Source: an uncultured Bacillaceae bacterium (lineage in GTDB: Bacteria > Bacillota > Bacilli > Bacillales > Guptibacillaceae). Taken from it: a stretch of DNA of 64,000 nt. The notes beneath the pieces are model-generated. The model saw nothing but the letters and a program-made list of their open reading frames with translations. It was not told the origin of the DNA and ran no database searches. Position numbers and translations under genes: made by a program. The DNA lies in NCBI GenBank assembly GCA_963739655.1, contig CAVUAW010000016.1, positions 8,318 through 72,317 of the forward strand, given 5' to 3'. Shown here piece by piece: positions 58,099-64,000 of this stretch (position 1 is the stretch's first letter; each line of letters opens with the position of its first letter).

Positions 58099-59193
58099 TT
58101 AATTCATACTCATCTGCTTTTTCCTAAATAAACCAATTAGAAAAACGAACATAATTAAACAGTAAAGAGTAAACCAGTACATTGTCCAGATCGTAGAAAC
58201 AAAGTTACTGAAGTCCATAACTGTCTTATGGAGGTGATTGCTCATTGCCCAAATCAAAATACCGATCGGGATAAGATAGGGACGATACGTTTTGGAGCCT
58301 GATAGATGTTTCAGACCCATCATAACAACGAGGAAGCACACACAGATTTTGACGAACAACCCGATCATCCAGGCTACGGCAAGCAGGATTTCTACTCGTT
58401 CTAAAACAGTAATAAAATCAATATCCCTTAGTACAGAATAGGTGGGGAACGTTTCTCTAGCGACTATATATGTCCCCTCACCTCCAATGATGATAAAGAC
58501 AGTGATAACCAATACGAGGCCGCCTGCAGCGATACCAGATAAGTAGGCAAGCATGAGCTTTTCTTTTTTCTTAACATATTGAAAAAAAGCTCCTATAAGT
58601 AAGACTTCAATAAAAGGAAAGCCGAGTGTGGTATAGGCTCCTTGAAAAATGGAAGAAGTTCCTGCGTGTAAGAATGGCTTTAGTTCCAACAAGGAGAAAT
58701 CTTTGGTCATCAAAAAAAGAGAAAAAACCGTGAGAAAAATGACGATGGGGAACAATAAATCATTCAATAGGAATAAATTTTTTACTCCTAAAGCTGCTGA
58801 GTACATAACAATGATGATAATGAGCATTTGATATGTCCAGGGGTGTGAGTAGGGCACAACACTCGATACCATAAAATTACTTAAATTTCTTACGACCAAA
58901 GCTGCAAGGTGAAGAGCGTAAAATGTAATCAAGATGTTCATCACAGTGCCGAACCATTTCCCCGCTGCTCGGTTCATCAGCTCAAATAATGAAGGGTAAT
59001 TGTACTTTTTAAAAAGAAAAAGATAAAGAATATTTAAAATCAGCCCTATGATCAAAGCAAGAAGCATCGCTATCCACCCATCCTGTTTGGCTGAAACGAC
59101 AGTGATGGCAGGGGCCATGAGAATAGAACTGAAAATAACGAAGTTAACAATGACCAAAATTAATTGCCGTTTTGTAATTTGAATATTCATCAT
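58099..59193 (-). CDS. Ger(x)B spore germination receptor subunit (APC fold)
   Basis: KQDGWIAMLL, LGFPFIE, ARETFPTY, FITVLERVE motifs. Confidence 0.88.
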   Translation of the reverse strand: MMNIQITKRQLILVIVNFVIFSSILMAPAITVVSAKQDGWIAMLLALIIGLILNILYLFLFKKYNYPSLFELMNRAAGKWFGTVMNILITFYALHLAALVVRNLSNFMVSSVVPYSHPWTYQMLIIIIVMYSAALGVKNLFLLNDLLFPIVIFLTVFSLFLMTKDFSLLELKPFLHAGTSSIFQGAYTTLGFPFIEVLLIGAFFQYVKKKEKLMLAYLSGIAAGGLVLVITVFIIIGGEGTYIVARETFPTYSVLRDIDFITVLERVEILLAVAWMIGLFVKICVCFLVVMMGLKHLSGSKTYRPYLIPIGILIWAMSNHLHKTVMDFSNFVSTIWTMYWFTLYCLIMFVFLIGLFRKKQMSMN

Positions 59194-59360
59194 GGACCTC
59201 CGAACATGCCGTAATAAATAGGTTCAAAAACTGCCTTCAACCCCTCCGTTACAGGGAAGACTGGCAGATCATAAAGGTAGCCGAACATATAGACGATGGA
59301 GAACAGCCATACTCCCGTGATGATCAGTTTTTCTTTTAACTTCCGTTTATTATTCTTCAT
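59190..59360 (-). CDS. Small membrane protein in the ger operon, putative D subunit, 56 aa (not in ORF track)
   Basis: Translated by hand: MKNNKRKLKEKLIITGVWLFSIVYMFGYLYDLPVFPVTEGLKAVFEPIYYGMFGGP; overlaps the gerC stop by 11 nt and the gerB start by ATGA. Confidence 0.75.
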   Translation of the reverse strand: MKNNKRKLKEKLIITGVWLFSIVYMFGYLYDLPVFPVTEGLKAVFEPIYYGMFGGP

Positions 59361-60549
59361 TGTTATTCACTCTCGAACCTGGAGACTCGAGATAGATGTT
59401 CACGTTTGTGTCAATCGACATGTTTTCATATAAATTACTCCAGTCATCCTTCACTTTTTCCCACTCATCGGGTTGGTTACGGGATAATTGGTTCTTAATC
59501 CCGAAGTAATCTAACTGGGATGCTTTAGCATTTGTGAGCGCGGTTCGTAAATCAGTTTCTATATCCTCGTTTATAGTGGTTTGCAGCTCATTAACTCCTT
59601 GCTCGGTGGACAGTTTGAGGTTGCATGAAAGCCCTTGTAAATTAATATTTCCCTCTAACTGAACAGAGTAATTTATTTGTTCATTAACGAGCTTTGGTTC
59701 TGCCTTTATTTCTATTTCTTTGAGTAAGAAACCAATTGTTCCTTGATCATCAGGGCATTTCACCGTATAGGATATAACATCATCTAATTTATTAGTGATC
59801 ATTACCAGCGCATTCGAATCTTTGTAAGAGAGCCAGTTTACTAAATAATCTTTATCGAACAAAGCTAATCCGGTTAATCGTAAAGCACCTTTATTCCCTT
59901 CGATGTCATTCAAGGATTCTGTTTTAGTCGAGCTTGCTTGTTTATCTACTTTTTCGACGCCCATTACCACAGGATCCCGGTCTTCACCGTACCGTCCACG
60001 GATGAAGTCCTCTAGTTTAGTGCCGTTCTTGATGCCGAGTGTTCCTCCCCTTACCTTTGTCAGGTTTTCGATGTTTTTAGTGGACGAGTTATCAAGCGGT
60101 GTAAATGTTTGCAGTATAGTAGATGCAGTTGTATCTTTCGTAATAAAGAGTAAGTAATTATCCCGGATATCATAATGACGTTCAACAAAATCGGATATTT
60201 CCTTGATTCCACGTTCTCTGGCAAATTCTTCACTAATGAGAAGGGAAGAAATATGGGCAAAAAACAACTTTCTAGATAAAAAGTTTCTCGCCTTAAACAC
60301 GGCCTCAATCATATCTTCACCCTCACTTTCAAAGGTATAGCTTTGGGCTTGACTGGCACTTCCTCCCCCGGCTTCACCTCCCGCTTGAGCCTGAGGGTTT
60401 ACTGCTTGAAACGTAACTTTTACTGTATCGTTTTCTCCTAGGTCTACGCCGATCCCTGTTAGAATCAGCAGTTCGTTCAGTTCTTCCTGCCGGCTGCATC
60501 CTCCCAAGATAACAAGAATTGTTAATAGGAAGGCGGAATAAAACTTCAT
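59350..60549 (-). CDS. Ger(x)C spore germination lipoprotein
   Basis: Lipobox LGGC; ELNELLILTGIGVD, LFFAHI, DYFGI motifs. Confidence 0.9.
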   Translation of the reverse strand: MKFYSAFLLTILVILGGCSRQEELNELLILTGIGVDLGENDTVKVTFQAVNPQAQAGGEAGGGSASQAQSYTFESEGEDMIEAVFKARNFLSRKLFFAHISSLLISEEFARERGIKEISDFVERHYDIRDNYLLFITKDTTASTILQTFTPLDNSSTKNIENLTKVRGGTLGIKNGTKLEDFIRGRYGEDRDPVVMGVEKVDKQASSTKTESLNDIEGNKGALRLTGLALFDKDYLVNWLSYKDSNALVMITNKLDDVISYTVKCPDDQGTIGFLLKEIEIKAEPKLVNEQINYSVQLEGNINLQGLSCNLKLSTEQGVNELQTTINEDIETDLRTALTNAKASQLDYFGIKNQLSRNQPDEWEKVKDDWSNLYENMSIDTNVNIYLESPGSRVNNNEE

Positions 60550-62045
60550 CTTAAAACCTCTCCGTTCCTTCTATTTTTCCGTTTGCTCCACCATAATGGA
60601 AACCGTAATAAAGTATCCTTTTGCTTTTTTAAAGAAAAAGGAGCGAATGGGGCCATATAAGGTTGTCCCAGTGATTTTAATGAAACGAGATGGATGCAGA
60701 TGATCATCGTAAAGATGAAGATCCCGAAAATGCCTGCAGAAGCTGCGAACATCATCAATATAAAACGGAGCATACGGACTGAACCAGCAATGGAATAATA
60801 AGGGTTGGCGAAACTTGATATCGCTGTAAGAGAGACAACAATAACAATAGCGGGCGAAACAAGTCCCGCAGAAACCGCAGCGTCCCCGATAACGATGGCG
60901 CCAACGATCGATACAGCAGGTCCGATTGGCCTTGGCATGCGTAACCCAGCTTCTCTAAGAATTTCAAAAACAGTCTCCATTACCAGGGCTTCCACTAGTG
61001 CTGGAAAAGGCAGCCCCTCTCTTTGTGCAGCTAAGCTGATTAACAGATCGGTTGGAATCAACTCTTGATGAAAGGTCGTTAGGGCAACAAAAGTCGCCGG
61101 TAAAGCAAAGGCGATCCAAAAAGCGATCAAACGGATGAGACGTAGAAAAGTCGATAGATCAAATCGATTGTAATAATCTTCTGCCGTCTGAAAATAGGAA
61201 TTAAGAGTAGCAGGCCCGATTAAAGCAAAAGGAGTGCCTTCCATCATAATCGCTAACTTACCTTCTACAAGAGCAGAAGACACAACATCCGGTCTTTCTG
61301 TATCGATTAGCGTAGGGAAAGGCGTATATCCTTTATCTTCAATCATTTCCTCTAGCATTCCCGTTTCGAATACCTCTCGTGCTTTACAGTCAGTTATACG
61401 CTGACAGGCAATGTTCAGCGCTTCTTCATTCACTAATCCTTCGATATAAGTTACGATTACAGAAGTTTGCGTGACTTTTCCAACGATGAAACTTTTAAAT
61501 CTTAATTTCGGATTGGTGATTCTTCTTCGTATCAACGTTGAATTAATAGAAAGCGTTTCGACAAACCCTTCTCTGGGACCTCTGACCATCGTTTGGGAAC
61601 TTGGTTCTTCAATGGAGCGTGTTTGCCAGTACTGATCTGAAACCAAATACCCTTCTGTTCCCTTTTGAACAAGCAAAATGATGTTACCTCTCAAGAGGGC
61701 CGCCAGAAGCTCTGAATAATCAGTCGTTACTTTCATATTTTTGGGGATTTGAATGTGTTGTTGGAAATCCTTGATTACATGATTTCGAGAAGAGTCATTT
61801 TCTTTGAACCAGTTCATCAGCGGAGGGATCACGTTCAGTTCAATGTCTTCCGTATGGATCAGTCCGTCAATATAACATAAAGCGAAAGCTGTATGGTTGA
61901 ATGAATAGACTTTACTAATTAAATCAAAAGGATCTCCGAGGGACTGTTTGATTTGATTAATATTTTGTTCTACATCTTTAGAAATGACCAAGCTGTCGTC
62001 TGTAGGATAAGAAGGGGAGGCTTGTTTCGTGCGATTCCTTCTCAT
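60546..62045 (-). CDS. Ger(x)A spore germination receptor subunit
   Basis: RGPREGFVE, TERPD, QREGLPFP, EILREAGLRMPRPIG motifs; start at ATG 62045. Confidence 0.92.
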   Translation of the reverse strand: MRRNRTKQASPSYPTDDSLVISKDVEQNINQIKQSLGDPFDLISKVYSFNHTAFALCYIDGLIHTEDIELNVIPPLMNWFKENDSSRNHVIKDFQQHIQIPKNMKVTTDYSELLAALLRGNIILLVQKGTEGYLVSDQYWQTRSIEEPSSQTMVRGPREGFVETLSINSTLIRRRITNPKLRFKSFIVGKVTQTSVIVTYIEGLVNEEALNIACQRITDCKAREVFETGMLEEMIEDKGYTPFPTLIDTERPDVVSSALVEGKLAIMMEGTPFALIGPATLNSYFQTAEDYYNRFDLSTFLRLIRLIAFWIAFALPATFVALTTFHQELIPTDLLISLAAQREGLPFPALVEALVMETVFEILREAGLRMPRPIGPAVSIVGAIVIGDAAVSAGLVSPAIVIVVSLTAISSFANPYYSIAGSVRMLRFILMMFAASAGIFGIFIFTMIICIHLVSLKSLGQPYMAPFAPFSLKKQKDTLLRFPLWWSKRKNRRNGEVLR

Positions 62046-62481
62046 AGGACATTCTCCTGACACTTTTTTTTACATTGTGGTCGAATCAAAATTTTTTTAT
62101 ACTAATGGATCAATTGCCATGGAATTCCTCAAATGGAGTGCTAAAAAAATCGGCAGGCATGTGGGAGAGTAGCAGTCTTATAATGGAACTAGTTATTCCA
62201 AAAAGGGACCAAAAATTGAAGGGAATGTAGTAGATCGGTCTGTAGTTAATCGATGTTAACTCTATTAAAATGCTTAACTCGTGGGAACTTGAAGTTTGAA
62301 AGGGAGTCTCTGGGGGAACGAACTTGGATACCGAAGAATCCTGACGGACATGTAACGCTGGCAAACACAGTAAGTATCTTAAAATTATTCCACTTAGAAA
62401 TATTATAAAAAAAGAAGTTGCTCTCACAATAACAGCTATGATAAAATAAATTTTGTCGACAGGAAATCGCTGTCATTATAC

Positions 62482-62554
62482 GGGGCATTAGCTCAGCTGG
62501 GAGAGCGCTACACTGGCAGTGTAGAGGTCAGCGGTTCGAGCCCGCTATGCTCCA
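62482..62554 (+). tRNA. tRNA-Ala (anticodon GGC), CCA not encoded
   Basis: GGGGCAT/ATGCTCC acceptor stem with G3:U70, AGCTCAGCTGGGAGAGC D arm, ctaca-ctGGCag-tgtag anticodon arm, GGTTCGAGCCC T arm. Confidence 0.97.
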
Positions 62555-62556
62555 TC

Positions 62557-62587
62557 TTAAAAACCCTTGTGTATCAAGGGTTTTTCT
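62557..62587. terminator. Hairpin after the tRNA (terminator, probably within the att region)
   Basis: aaaaacccttg-tgtat-caagggttttt. Confidence 0.7.
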
Positions 62588-62620
62588 TGTGTATGCAATT
62601 TTGTATACACACCACAATTA

Positions 62621-63847
62621 TTAGTTTGTTGACGATTTGTTGACCAAATTTTTATTTGGAGCATATTTATCAAATTGACTTGCAGTTTGCGTAGCTCTTT
62701 TCTTAGAAATATGTCCATAGATATCTGAAGTGATTTTCGAACTTGAATGACGAGCTCGTTTCTGAATGGCTGGTAAATTCACGTTGTCTTCTTCCATTAA
62801 AAGAGCGACCATGCTATGGCGTAAGTCATGAAGACGAATTTTTTTCAATTTGTATTTCTCAACTATTCGACTCCATTTTGTTGTAGGCGTTGTAAAATAG
62901 AGAGGACTTCCTAATCCTTTATGAAAAAGATACTGGTGATCGCTCCCTTCCCAATATTCTGCTGCGCTTTCTTTTTCATTTAGCCACTCAACTTTATACT
63001 CTTTCAATAAATCCATGTACCACTCAGGCATGACGACTGATGCTTTAGATGATTTCGTTTTGGGATCCTTTATAATAGGTTGACCGTTTTCGCTACCTAC
63101 AATGTTATTTATAATTTCTATTTCATTAGTATCAAATAAGATGTTAGACCACTCAAGAGCTGTTAATTCTCCTCGTCTAAATCCACCAAATAAAGCTCCT
63201 AAAAAATATACACGCCACATCAGTGATTCCTGGTTCAAAGCTTCAAATACTTCTCCAAGATCTTCACTAGTGTAATACCTCATTTCTCTTTGTTTGACTG
63301 CTGGCTTTTTAACGCCAGTCATCGGATTATCTTTAATAATACGCCACTCGTATGCTCTGTTAAATACATTACAAAGCGCATCATAAAATTTTCGAATAGA
63401 ATCAGAAGAGAGTTTACCTGGACGGCCGTCTTTTCTTTCATTCTCGCCGGTTGCTTTATCATCTAAAAACCGTATGATTTGAATTGTTTTAATATCTCCA
63501 ATTCTTTTAGTTCCAAATACAGGGAGGATGTGACTTCGTAGAGAGCTCATATAGTTCTTAACAACAGTGGGGGATAGTTCTTTAATTGCGTAACGCTTGT
63601 ACCATTCCTGAACGAAGTCACTAAACAAGTTTTTGTTAGGAGCAATGTATTCACCAGCTTCAATTTCAATCTGGAATTTTGCCAACTCCTGTTGTAAGAA
63701 ATTTTCTAATTTGCGTTTCGTTTTTAATAAAGGTTGATCAGTGATCCGTATTGTCTTGGTGCGTTTTTTACGCTTACCTTTAGCATCATATCCTGCTTCT
63801 ACCACCAACAGAAAAGAATTTTCTCCCCGTCTTTGGTAACTTCCCAT
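62621..63847 (-). CDS. int: Tyrosine recombinase/integrase (ICE/prophage type)
   Basis: Arm-binding N-terminus; catalytic R (GFRRGEL), HDLRH, RARH, and Y (SDIYGH). Confidence 0.93.
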   Translation of the reverse strand: MGSYQRRGENSFLLVVEAGYDAKGKRKKRTKTIRITDQPLLKTKRKLENFLQQELAKFQIEIEAGEYIAPNKNLFSDFVQEWYKRYAIKELSPTVVKNYMSSLRSHILPVFGTKRIGDIKTIQIIRFLDDKATGENERKDGRPGKLSSDSIRKFYDALCNVFNRAYEWRIIKDNPMTGVKKPAVKQREMRYYTSEDLGEVFEALNQESLMWRVYFLGALFGGFRRGELTALEWSNILFDTNEIEIINNIVGSENGQPIIKDPKTKSSKASVVMPEWYMDLLKEYKVEWLNEKESAAEYWEGSDHQYLFHKGLGSPLYFTTPTTKWSRIVEKYKLKKIRLHDLRHSMVALLMEEDNVNLPAIQKRARHSSSKITSDIYGHISKKRATQTASQFDKYAPNKNLVNKSSTN

Positions 63848-64000
63848 ATTAAATACCTCCTACTAAAACTTTAATAGAACAGAGTAATATAATTGGTACT
63901 TTGGGTTGTATAATTTTCTTCCCTATTTGAAAAACTTGTTACCTAGTTCGCAATAAACTTTGAAGCATATTTCCTAAACTTGCATAGCTACCTTAGCATT

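Larger units (their letters stand above)
62555..64000. mobile_element. Border of an integrated element (prophage/ICE/island) at tRNA-Ala; continues beyond the window
   Basis: Integrase gene directly adjacent to, and convergent with, the tRNA 3' end. Confidence 0.75.

Noticed and set aside
62253-62408. 51-aa plus-strand ORF, and a possible riboswitch (gggggaac) upstream of the tRNA
   Set aside because: No RBS or family motif; the other conserved c-di-AMP or c-di-GMP riboswitch elements are not present in order on either strand
121-62488. The many short ORF-track entries antisense to or nested in recognised genes (e.g. 518-1093, 6984-7493, 21893-22447, 42598-43068, 50232-50669)
   Set aside because: Shadow frames of well-supported genes, without RBS or family motifs

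Overview
Chromosomal segment of a spore-forming, probably salt- or alkali-tolerant Bacillaceae bacterium (several Na+-coupled transporters). It is largely syntenic with the Bacillus subtilis yun-yut-yum-yui and yug regions, with genes including yunDCB, lytH, lipA, yutC-yutK, dapF, sufA, yumC/yumB, yuiABCDFH, yugF, yugI, yuzA, yugJ, pgi and yugNO. Accessory material interrupts this backbone in four places. (1) A LacI-controlled sugar cluster with an ABC transporter, ThuA, two Gfo/Idh/MocA oxidoreductases, two TIM-barrel enzymes and no glycoside hydrolase. (2) A block of about 10 kb after yuiH: a PAS-STAS protein with a YtvA-like STAS domain, an amidase-SPOR-GH73 autolysin, a permuted NlpC/P60 enzyme, an orphan membrane protein, modAB, a vanadium-haloperoxidase/PAP2-fold gene and liaFSR. 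(3) A Ger(x)A-C-D-B germinant receptor operon. (4) At the right edge, tRNA-Ala(GGC) followed by a tyrosine integrase, marking the border of an integrated element that continues outside the window. Non-coding features: a lysine riboswitch, and three families of small structured interspersed elements. These are a MITE with 23-bp TIRs and 8-bp TSDs in core-containing and core-less forms, tandem ~120-bp hairpin units in 3' UTRs, and a 140-bp multi-branched element upstream of pgi. Three small proteins missed by the ORF track were read from the sequence. No CRISPR array, cas gene or rRNA was seen. All family assignments come from motif recognition and synteny, not from database searches.
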